The notes beneath the pieces were generated by a model that was given only the letters and a program-made list of their open reading frames with translations, did no database searches and was not told where the DNA came from. Source: Camelus ferus (taxonomy: Eukaryota). From it: DNA of 64,000 bases. Where the stretch lies: NCBI RefSeq assembly GCF_009834535.1, contig NC_045705.1, positions 31,744,001-31,808,000 of the forward strand. Direction: 5' to 3'. This document shows, in pieces, positions 49,337-60,193 of the stretch; the first letter of the stretch is position 1; every line of letters begins with the position of its first letter. Position numbers and translations under genes: made by a program.

Positions 49337-50263
49337 CTAAGTTACTCTCCTCTTCAACAAACTCCTTATGGCATTTTTCACCTCTGTGTTTCTCACTGTG
49401 TAAATGATAGGGTTTAACATGGGAATGAGGATTCCAAAGAACACAGCCAAAAACTTGTCCACAGGATAAGTGGCCACAGGACGCGTGTAGGTGAAAATAC
49501 AAGGGGCAAAATAGAGCACCACTACTGTAAAGTGGGAGCCGCAGGTAGAGAGGGCCTTGCGTCGCCCTTCAGAGCCGTGGGACTTCAGGGAGCGCAGGAC
49601 GACTATGTAGGAGATGAGTAGCATGGAAAAAATGAGTAAGCACATGCCCCCACTGTTGGCTGCCACCACCACTCCAGGCCTGTAGGTGTCGCTGCAGGCA
49701 AGTTTCAACAGTGAGAAGAAGTCACACATGAAGTGGTCAATGACATTGGGACCACAGAAGGTCAAGTCAAATGCAAAAACCATCTGCACAGTGGCATGTA
49801 GGATCCCCCCAAGCCAGGCCACCACCACCAGGAGCTGACAGAGCCCCTGTCGCATGATGGTCGTGTAGTGCAGAGGCTTGCAGATGGCCACATAGCGGTC
49901 ATAAGCCATGACAGTGAGGACTATGACGTCTGATCCTCCCAGGAAATGTTCCACAAAGAGCTGAGTCATGCAGCCACCCCAGGAGATGGTTTTCTTCTGG
50001 TGCAGCAGGTCAATGAGCATTTTAGGAGTTGTGACAGAACTGAAGAGGGCATCAATAAAGGCTAAATAGGTGAGGAAGAAGTACATGGGAGCTGAAAGTG
50101 CAGGGCTGAGGGAGATGGTGATGACCATGAGCAGGTTGGCCAGCATCGTAAATAGGAAAATGAGCAAAAAGACAATGAAGAGTATTTTCTGCAAGTGTGG
50201 ATCTTGTGTGAGTCCCAAGAGAACAAATTCAGTCACATTGTTGGGAGGCGTGAGGAGGTCCAT
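49337..50263 (-). CDS. Olfactory receptor OR4C-type, copy 4 (308 aa, intact)
   Basis: Full ORF with all canonical OR motifs. Confidence 0.95.
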   Translation of the reverse strand: MDLLTPPNNVTEFVLLGLTQDPHLQKILFIVFLLIFLFTMLANLLMVITISLSPALSAPMYFFLTYLAFIDALFSSVTTPKMLIDLLHQKKTISWGGCMTQLFVEHFLGGSDVIVLTVMAYDRYVAICKPLHYTTIMRQGLCQLLVVVAWLGGILHATVQMVFAFDLTFCGPNVIDHFMCDFFSLLKLACSDTYRPGVVVAANSGGMCLLIFSMLLISYIVVLRSLKSHGSEGRRKALSTCGSHFTVVVLYFAPCIFTYTRPVATYPVDKFLAVFFGILIPMLNPIIYTVRNTEVKNAIRSLLKRRVT

Positions 50264-52404
50264 TCAGCAAGTAACACCTTCCTGGGGCCTGAATTACCTA
50301 CATAGGGTAAGGAGTGATACCCATTAATCATGAAAGTATCATGGCCCGAATATCTTTGTATAAAAACAGAGCAGTCACTGTACCTGTGAGCGTGTCCTTG
50401 ACACTCCTGCCTCAGTGCTTGTTTCAGTTCTCTCTTACTTCCTCCATGATGTTTCCATCTCTTCAGACACCTAGCACCTGTCACCCGTAAAACATCTATA
50501 GGGCAACATTTGGTGAGTAATTTACTGAGAGAACCCTGGGCTATCTACATAAGATCTGGATTCTCACTCTGGCTCCAGCTCCATGTGACTCTGCTACATC
50601 ACCTCTGTGTCCCGTGGTTCTGAGCCCTCCTCTGTGTCTGTGAAGTTATAGACTATTATTCTCAGATGGATCTTGTAAGCTCAGAGGTGCTGCACACAGG
50701 TAAGAATTATTCCCTCTTCCATGAGAATTCACACTTGAACCCTAAGCTCTAAGTGTGGGAAGAAAGACACCATGAACATATATCTCCCATAAGCAGGCAG
50801 TTTAGGTAAATGTATGTAAGTAGTTGGCAACACGCTCTCCCTGGTACCTACCAGAACACATAAGCTATTCAGGTGTGTTTCCTCACTGCACCTACCACAG
50901 TGCCTGGCATAATGTCCTCCCTGCCTGGAACCTGTTAGCTGATGAGAAAGTGCTTGGTGAATTGCCGTTCTCCATGGGGGAGAGTACGCCTGCTTCCCCA
51001 GACCATAGACGTACCAGGAATTCAAGTGTTCTCACCCTCCTGCTCTGTTTATCATTGCTCTCTACTTTATCAGAAACATAAATAAATATCGATATGAAGT
51101 TGCATTCCATGTTAATCTTTCTGGCACACTTTATGGAGTAATATGAAAATACTAATTGCCTCTAAGAATGAGTATTTTATTGTGTCATTTTACTTTCAAA
51201 ATGTAGTGTTTGTTAATTACTATTTTTTATTCTTCAAAATTCTGTACTACAGGCAATTTATCAGAGTCATATTCAATACACTTACAGCTTCATTAGAGTT
51301 GGATTGAAAAAAAAAAACAAAAAGACCTGTATAAGTGTTCAGTACATGAGGATCTATGAAGCAATGGAAAATCTTTTTTTCAAAGTTCTGAAAGTAAAAA
51401 TCTAACATGGAGAATAAAAAGAAATCATTTACTAGATAAGATAGGGAGGTGATGTACTATACACACAAACATATATAAGCACACAACACAAACACAAACA
51501 TCTATTACTTACTGTAATTACCTATTACATGTTCAGTCATTCCATGCATATTTATGGATACTGACTGTGTATATTAATATATGTGCATAAACATAAAGTT
51601 ATAAAAAGGATCCCTGTGAAGTGTCTTTAGTAATCCCTTCCTTGAAATTTCATTAGCAGACAGCAGAACTCATCCCTCCATGATGTGAGTGACCTTCCCA
51701 CCCCTTTATGTTTCTGCTACAGGCATTCTCTTGCCTTCTCCCATCTTCCCACAGCATCCATCATCTGTCATTCCTGGTTACAGGATGATACTGCATTATT
51801 AATAGCATAGCAATTGGAGGATATAAATTTCTCATAGAAGATTGGGAGAAAATATAAATGTATTACAATATATTCTGCAAAAAAAAATATTGTTTCCTTT
51901 CAAAGTTAAATGGATAAAGAGCTTCATTTTTTAGTTACCCAATTTGAAGTATTTACACATTTGTGGAAACAAACTGCAGCAGCTTCATTGTATTCCCTCA
52001 TTCTGTGGTTAATTCCCCCAGCCGATTAGAAAAGAGTATAGTATACATAAAGTAAGAATCAGACATCATTAATAAATGTGTATAGAAATAACTATGAAGA
52101 AATAAAAATTACTTTTTCTTTTTTTTAATTGGCTCCAGAGTACTCTTTCCAGGACTAAACTCTAAACAAAAATATTTTTAAAAGATAAAAGTCTTTATTT
52201 ACAAATACGTTCAAACAATTAAGAGCTGTGGAAAATTTAGAACTACACAAGATGTTCAACATTGGCAAAATAGATAATTAAAATGGAGAATGTCTCTTTG
52301 ATTCATGTGTAGTTTTTAACCGAGGTGTTTTTATTTATTTATTTTGTTTAATTTATTTTTTCTCTCCCTTCCCCCAGGCCTTGGCAGCCACCATTCTACT
52401 TTCT

Positions 52405-52875
52405 CCTTCTATGAATTGACTATTTTATTTTATTTTATTTACTTATTTTTAATTGAAGTATAGTCAGTTTACCATGTTGTGTTGATTTCTGGTGTACAGC
52501 AATAATAGTTCAGTCATACATATATATACATATATTCATTTTCATATTCTTTTTTCATTATGTATTACTACAAGGTATTGAATACAGTTTTCTGTGCTGT
52601 ACAGTATGAACTTGTCCTTTATCTATTTTATATATACTAATTATTATCTGCCAACCTCGAACTCCCAATTTATCCCTTCCCACTACCTTCCTCCCCAGAT
52701 AACCTAAATTTGTTTTCTATGACTGTGAGTCTGTTTCTGTTTGTAAATAAGTTCATTTGTCTTTTTTTTTTTAGATTCCACATGAGTGATATCATATGGT
52801 ATTTTTCTTTCTCTTTCTGGCTTACTTCACTTAGAATGACAATCTCCAAGTCCATCCATGGTGCTGCAAATGAAA
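52405..52875 (-). mobile_element. L1 3' end (antisense) inserted only in copy 4
   Basis: ttttaattgaagtatagtcagtttacc...ttagattccacatgagtgatatcatatggtatttttctttctctttctggcttacttcacttagaatgacaatctcc. Confidence 0.85.
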
Positions 52876-54329
52876 ATTATGATGTTGTATTATGAAGTTT
52901 GAAAACTTTTAGATAAAAATTTGAGTTATATAGTTATTCTTATTTAATTCTAATTATATTATTCTTCTAATTTAAATATATATCAATAAGAAAAAAGATT
53001 CTAAATATTTTTACTTCTAAGTTGCTAGTATTGTAGTTGAGTCTGTCTCGAGGTTTTGCATGCTGAAGAGGGATTAAATATCAGATTGGTGAGGATGTGG
53101 GATGATTATACCATTTGTAAGAACTATTTCCATCTGAGAGTCTATAATGATATGATTTCCTGGGGAAAACAAAATCTTACCTATGAATTTGTCTGGCTTA
53201 ACTCCATGGCCAGTACCCAAGACAGCTGCTAGTTCACCAAGAAAGCAGTAAAGTTGTAAGTTTAAAAAATGCCAACTAGCTCAGCTACAATAAGTGTCTT
53301 TGCTCACTTATAAGTAGCATTTTTAGGTAAGACCTTTCTCTTGAAACTGAAAAGTGCTACCATATGTCCTGTCTGTAGGTCAGTTTGGGGAAGGTTCTTA
53401 GCTGTGGCTAATTGGACCTCAGGGGTAATTCACCACCATTAGAAGCCCTTGCCAACAACCCAATTATTTCACGTAACTTAACTGAACTTCAGAGGAGAAC
53501 TCTTAGAGCCTTCATCTTTAATTTTGAATACTTCGTTATGTCTGCCTGAAGACAAAATACTATGACAAGAGGAAAAAAAAAAAAACTTGACCATTTGTGA
53601 ATTTAGGAATTTGAAACAAATGAGCTTAATATTGTCTGAATATATGTTATTGTATAAACTAGTTGGATGGGTAACTGTCTGATTCAAAAGATGTTTTATA
53701 CTGTATTGTTTTTTAGTCTACCATTCATGCAAATAATAATTTTAAATATTATTTTCAGATGTACATTAAATACTAATTATGAACCCTATGATAATGTTGA
53801 CACTTCACTTCAGGTAAAGTTTATGGTACTTTTTCAAAGTGGTGGTATCCTGTCAGTAGCGGAGTTAGATTAACATGATAATGATGAAAAAAATTTCATT
53901 CTTCAATTATATTTCAGAGATGGTAGAATGCACTCATTTCAGTCATGGTTTGGTTTGTGATTAATGTTGCAATGAAAATGAGAGTACAGATAACTCTCCA
54001 ATTCCTGGTTTCATATTCTTGGGTCCCTACACACATAGGATTGCTGAATTATACAGTAGTTTTCTTTTTAATATTTTGAGAAATCTCCACAATATTCTTC
54101 ATGGCAGCTGAACAAATTTATATTCCCACTAATGCACAGTAGGGCTCCATTCTCTGTGCATCATCACCAAATGTGTTGTCTGCTGTATATCTCAGATAGC
54201 CATCCTAACAATTGTGAGGTAACATGTCACTGTGGTTCTGACTTGTATTTTCCTTTTAAATGGCGATGTTGAGCACATTCTCATATTCTTATTGGCCATT
54301 TGTATGTCTTCTTTAGAAAAATATTCAGG

Positions 54330-54465
54330 NNNNNNNNNNNNNNNNNNNNNNNNNNNNNNNNNNNNNNNNNNNNNNNNNNNNNNNNNNNNNNNNNNNNNNN
54401 NNNNNNNNNNNNNNNNNNNNNNNNNNNNNNNNNNNNNNNNNNNNNNNNNNNNNNNNNNNNNNNNN
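54330..54465. other. Assembly gap (136 N)
   Basis: Run of N; both flanks stay collinear with copy 3. Confidence 1.
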
Positions 54466-55864
54466 TTTCACTATTTTATTGTTTCATTATATAAAGAGTA
54501 GTCTTAATTTAAAACTTGATGTTCTGGACTTCAATCTTATGTCAACATGGGATGAGATTTAACTGATCTGACAGCTTTCCCTTTGATAATGATGACAGAG
54601 CCTTTCAATAAAAAACCTCATGTCCTGAATGATACTTGGAGCTGGTTCAAGAGGCTACTGGACTGATGGCTCCCCACTTAGGTGTTTTTTTCCCCCTTCT
54701 TTTCCTTATCAATAAAGTAGCTTCTCAATTTGTCCCTCTGCCCCTGCTGAGAATCCTTTCTCAATGGGTGGACAAGGAACCACAGGTTTTCTGGGCTTGC
54801 TAAATTGGGGGTCTCTCTATCGGCTAGCAATATGTCTGTGGCTTTGAGGATTGTGCTGTAATTCATGCCAGAAAAAGACATTAAGCCCTTTCTGACCAGT
54901 TCATTGAAAATGTGAATCAAATGTAAATAAGAGAGTCTTCTTTTGAAATAAGAAATCATAAGGCATAATTTATTTACACTCTACAGAGATGATTACAAAT
55001 TTTTATTGTGACATTAGTAAATCACAATATATGTCTTATTCTGAATGGGGAAGCAAGATATTAAAATGTCAATTTCCTCAAAACAAATAGGTAGAATCAT
55101 GACATTCTAGGTATATTTTTATGAAAAGTTTTCAAACTTTGCAAAATGACACTAAAGTTTAGGGGAGGAGATGAGGGGGGGAGGAGAAAGAGAGAGTGAA
55201 CCCCAACTGAATCTTCTTGATGGTGTAAAACCTGATGTACTAGGTAAAAAGTTTTAAAATTATTATCAAAATTAATAATTATGTTGTCAAATTATTTTAC
55301 CTGTTTGTGTTTAGATGTTTCCCCATCATAAACAAAAACAAATTTTAGGTGAGTAAAAAATAAATAAATAAATAAAGTGTTTGAAAAGTTATTTTTTAAA
55401 AAAAGAGTAAAATTTATAAAATCATCAGAGTATGGATTTTCCAATTGATAGAACAAATCAAAAAGTAAAAGTATATTAAGATAACATATATATATATATA
55501 GAATCACACATAATATAAATAACATAATACAGAAAATGTTTGTAGCAAATATCAAATAAGAGTAAATATTTATAGCAAGTATAAAGTAATATATATTTAT
55601 ATATTTAAAATAGAGTTCATCAAAATTTATCAGAAAAAATTCACATACCAATAGATCAAGAATTCAAATAATGGACAAAGTCTACAGAGTGTGTTCTATG
55701 TTCTACACATTGTGCAAGAAACAGAGAACACAAAAACAAGTAACTTCCCCTGACTTCAGGGAAATTACAGATCAATTAACATAGACAGTTAACAAAGATT
55801 TTCATTTCCTTGCTTGAAATGACTACACAAATTTGAAAATTAACTAAATTTTGGATTGATCCAT

Positions 55865-56049
55865 TTGGGCTACCATTACAGAATGCCATAAACTAGGTGG
55901 CTTAAACTATAAACATTTATTTTTCACAGGATGGGAGGCTCAGAAGTCCAAGATTGAGGTGCTAGCAGATTCCATATCTGGTACGGTCCACTCTCTAGTT
56001 GACAGACAGTGATCTTTTGCTGTGTCCTCACATGGCAGAAGGGTCAAGT
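55865..56049 (-). mobile_element. MLT1A-like LTR, cut at ...ggtcaagt by an LTR insertion
   Basis: Collinear with 47900-48075; the remainder seen in copy 3 (gacctcatgg...) does not follow here. Confidence 0.85.
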
Positions 56050-56669
56050 TGTTAGAGCAGGCAGATAGCTAGATACGAGCAGAGAAAGGGGGACACAGGC
56101 CAAATGGCAGGAATTGGGCAGAAAGGTGAGGCACAGGCCAAATGCAGGAAAACATACACCATGTAAGCACCAGGGGTCCCTGGGCAGAGAAAGAAAAGCA
56201 GGAATCTTTGGGCTGATAAGGGGCCTCACCTTTGGGCCTGGACACCAACAAAGAAAGGTTAGAAAAGGTAGGAATTTCCAGTGTCTGAATATAACCTTAT
56301 TTCAATAAAATTAGCCTTGCAGATCAGAAGTACCCATCATGCACTGAAGCCGTGACACTTCTGATCCAGACTAAATACGGAGAAAATTCTCTCCTCCCTT
56401 AGGGAAGGTGGAGTTGAGATGATAATCAGGAACTATGACTCCAAGGCCTTCCCTTCTCAATGAATATTCTGCCCATTCATTTTTTATTCCCTATGTAAGT
56501 AACTTGCCAAAGAGACTCAGGGCTGTCTCTCACCTGAGCCTGCCCACTCCCACCTTGAGAATGTACTATCCATCCTTTAATAAATCCTCACTTTACTTTT
56601 TTTAACCTCTAAGTCTTGTCTCTAAATTCCTTCTGGGATGGCACAAGAACCTGGAACACTGGTTGGACC
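56050..56669 (+). mobile_element. ERV LTR A (a different family from the provirus LTRs), interrupted near its 3' end by the provirus
   Basis: Begins TGTTAG exactly where the MLT1A breaks. Internal direct repeat cacaggccaaatg(g)cagg, AATAAA at about 56579, U5-like tract cut at 56669. Confidence 0.7.
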
Positions 56670-57313
56670 TGAGACTGGATGGAAGCGGGCAGGGCACAGC
56701 CATTCAAGGATGGTCACAGCCATTCAAGGAATGCCACAGCAATTAACATCACAACGGTGAAAGATTCAACCCCCAGCAGGCCTTGAGGCTCAAGATGGTG
56801 GGAGATTTAACTTCTAGTAGACCTTGAGCTTCATTATACACACATTGCAATATTAACATAGTGAATAACATGCCCACAGGCACCACGGCAGTCCCAAGGC
56901 TAGCCACAAAAGGTCACAGAGTGGGAAATGGCCAAATTCCTGGGAATCCCAGCCCCTTCCCCTTAGACTAGTCCTTCTACTTACTAGCACATGAAGCCAC
57001 CAAGCCCATAAAAATCAGCAACACGGCACCTCACGGCCGCCCCTCTCTCTCCCTCTTCAGAGATGGCCCACATTCTGTCTATGGAATGTGTACCTACTTT
57101 TAACCTGGGGACCCAACCCCCACACCTCGTGGCCTTTCTCTTGCCTTTCAATATCTCTCTCTGAATAAATCTACCTTCACTCAACTGTGGCTCGCTCTTG
57201 AATTCTTTCCTGCACGAAGCCAAGGACCCACGCCTGGCGGGGCACATCCCAGGGGCTCAACCGAGATCTGGGACACAGCCCTTCTCATGCCCCACATCTG
57301 TTTTCCTGCATCA
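56670..57313 (+). repeat. 5' LTR (MER41-like)
   Basis: Starts TGAGACTGGATGGAAG, matching the 3' LTR start. AATAAA at about 57165; ends ...ctgcatCA just before the PBS. Confidence 0.9.
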
Positions 57314-57319
57314 TATCTC

Positions 57320-57337
57320 TGGCGTCCAATGTGGGGC
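57320..57337 (+). promoter_or_regulatory. Primer-binding site, tRNA-Lys(CUU, Lys1,2) type
   Basis: TGGCGTCCAATGTGGGGC vs the canonical TGGCGCCCAACGTGGGGC: 16/18, both differences C>T. Confidence 0.85.
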
Positions 57338-58278
57338 ATTTACATAAAGAAACAGGCTCAAAGGGCATAACATCAATCCACCTATTGGGCTACAGCTCCC
57401 CTCTCTTCGGAGGGTGGCAGGGGGTTTCTCCTGTGCCATGCAGATTCAAGTAGCCCTTAGGTGGCAGCTGACACTGCCTGCAGGATCTGGCAGAGACCAG
57501 CTCTCTAGCTGTGAAGGAGCCCACCGAGCCCAGGGCTCTTCTCCTCTGGATCTTTACTTTCTCTCCTCTATCGCTCTATCTCTTTGGACTCGAGAAGATC
57601 CACCAAGGCGACCACTCAGACATCCAAATTAAGACCACGTGGCAAGTAACTGGCAGCCTGATTGGGTGAGCTTCCCCTCCATGACTCTTTGAGCCCAATT
57701 CCACCTCTCTGCATGGTGTTGGTCTGGTTCTGGGACACTGGAACTGCAAAAGGGGGGCCCAAATTGGGGGACTCTGGGAGTTCCCCTTTAAAAATTTGTG
57801 GCCCGGCCTTCCCCAAGTGCCCTTGGGGCATACAACCCCATTGCATCTGTAGATGGGAGTTGTGGGTGGGCAGTCCCTCTGCGGATCACAGGTTTTAGCA
57901 CCCCTTGGTTGGGTCACAGGCTTAAGCACCTCTGAGCGAGAGTTGCCAGCAAGTACTCTCCACAAGTGACAGGTTACAGTGCCCCTGAGTGGGAGCCGCA
58001 GGCGGACGCTCCCTCAGTGGGCCTATGGATCTCTGGTCTAAGAGGCATTGGGGCTATAGCATTCCTTTTCTGTTCTAGATTTCCACCTTTCAATGCTATT
58101 TGTTTCTCTTTCACAAAAAGTAATTTGCTTAGTTGACTCAGGACCTAGGTCTCCTCCTTCCCTCTAAAGGATTTAGACTCTGGGACTCTAGTCACCTTTT
58201 CTCCCTCTGGCCCTTGCTCCTTCCCTTAACTAATCCAAGGGAGCCACCCAGGCTCACAGGTAGGACATCCTAACCAAA

Positions 58279-59767
58279 ATGGGGACAACTACATGTACCC
58301 CAAAGGACTCACCGTTAGGATGCATATTAATTAATTGGAAAAAGTTTAAAAAGGATAGTTTAAAGAAAAAGAAATTAATTTTCCCTTGTAATACTGTATG
58401 ACCACAAAACAAACTAGGGGACCAAGAAGTCTGGCCAAAGACTGGGTCACTAACTTACAATGCCACCTTGCAGCTAGGCCTCTTTTGTAAAAGTGGCGGT
58501 AAATGCGGGGAAATCCCATATGTCCAAATGTTCCTGACCCTATCCCAAAACCCAGGTCTAAGGAACCCCTGCTGGATATTCCTGGCCTGCATCCCCTCTA
58601 AGTATCTCCTCCCACAGGAGCTCGATATTCTAGATGACCATCTTATGAGTCCAGCTGCCCAAGGTCCACAGCCAGAAGTTCCTACTTCCCCCAACTCTGA
58701 GCGTGAACAGTCTTCCCCAGCATCTCCCTCACCAGAGGAAAGTCTTGCCAGTACTACTCCAAGTGGGGCCACCTGCCAACCTCCTACTACCAAACTCTGC
58801 CCCTTAAGGGAAGTGCCAGCCAGTGATGGGGGAACAGAGTTCACGGCCCCTTTCCTATGGCTGATTTGGCTATTTGCAAGAAGAAATTTGAATGTTTCTC
58901 CAAGGACCCCAGTAGGTTCATGGAGGAACTTGCCAGGCTGACAATGGCCTATGAGCTTACCTGGGGGGACCTACAGGTCCTCCTTTCAACCTGCTGCACT
59001 TTCGAGGAAAAAAGCCAGATCCTCGGTGCAGCCCGGGCATATGCTGATGAACTGGCTGCCCACAACCAGGGACGTATAATCTCCCTTACTGGGGGGATGC
59101 AATCCCTGACCAAGACCCCCACTGGAACTACCACCAGGGAGGTAGAGGGCTTGAACGCAGAAACCGTATGGTAACTTGCCTCATAGAGGGGATGAAAAAG
59201 TGTATTGTTAAGCCTGTCAACTATGACGAAGTCAGGGATGTAACACAGGGAAAAGATGAGAATCCAGCCCTCTTCCAGTGCCGCTTAGTGGAGGCCCTTA
59301 AAAAGTACACTAATATTAACCCTGAAACCCCTGAGGGGGAAGTCCTGGTAAATACCCATTTTATCACTCAGTTGGCCCCAGACATCAGGGGACAATTACA
59401 GAAGGCAGCTCTGGGACCCCAGACCCCCAGGAATCATCTCGTGGAGCTGGCGTTTGGAGTATTTAACAATAGAGACAGGGTTGGGGAGGCAAGAAGGGTC
59501 CAGGGACAACAGCAAAAGGCACAATTCCTAGCAGCTGCCCTAACCCCTGTGCCACCTCAGGGTTACCCTCCAAGAAGACCCATGGCGAGGACAGGATCCA
59601 GGATGCCTGGATCTGAGCCACTGTCTTGCCGAAAAGTGACCTGTTTTAAATGCAGCCAGGAGGGCCACTGGAAGAACAAATAACCTATATTTGAAAAAGG
59701 TCCATGGGGACCCTGCTCGATATGCAAACAAAAAGGCCACTGGAAGCAGGACTGCCCCCAGTCCTGA
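58279..59767 (+). pseudogene. gag: ERV gag (MA-CA-NC), disrupted
   Basis: MGTTTCTPKDSPLGCIL.NW..F...LKKKKLIFPCNTV*P (HERV-W9/H-like MA), MHR QGKDENPALF, knuckles CFKCSQEGHWKNK* and CSICKQKGHWKQDC. Stops at 58399 and 59681; frameshifts near 58850 and 59100. Confidence 0.92.
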
Positions 59768-59791
59768 AGGGGGCTTGGGGCTCCCAAACCA

Positions 59792-60193
59792 ATGAAGGCT
59801 GAGATGGCTGAAGACCAACAGGGCCTGGGACCCTCCCTGGCTCCCACAGGACACCTGGTTATTTCTCCAGAGGAGCCATGGGTAACCCTTGATGTGGCAG
59901 GTAGAAAAGTTGTTTTCTTATTAGATACTGGAGCCGCCTACTCTGTGCTGACTGATTTCCCTGGACCCTTGTCCTCCCAACCCTGTGTAGTAACGGGGAT
60001 TGACAGAAAGCCCCAAACCAAGCAATTTACAGCCCCCCTTAGCTGCCTGCTAGAAAATTTTACCTTTGCACATGAGTTTCCGCTCATGCCTAAGTGCCCC
60101 GTCCCCTTGTTGGGAAGGGATTTGCTCACTGAATTCCAGACAGTACTGCAGTTTGGAGACCCTCATGAAGAAGGCACCCGCCAAGAAAAATGA
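59792..60193 (+). pseudogene. pro: ERV protease
   Basis: FLLDTGAAYSVL active site and PVPLLGRDLL; same frame as gag CA/NC and RT. Confidence 0.92.

Larger units (their letters stand above)
49270..56049 (-). repeat. Segmental duplication unit copy 4 (continues into block B, interrupted by LTR/ERV insertions)
   Basis: 50264-53950 is collinear with 41950-45085; 53950-56049 is collinear with 45085-48075 apart from a deletion of about 0.9 kb. Confidence 0.85.

Noticed and set aside
57320-57337. tRNA gene
   Set aside because: It is only the 18-nt complement of a tRNA 3' end (PBS); there is no cloverleaf or A/B box.
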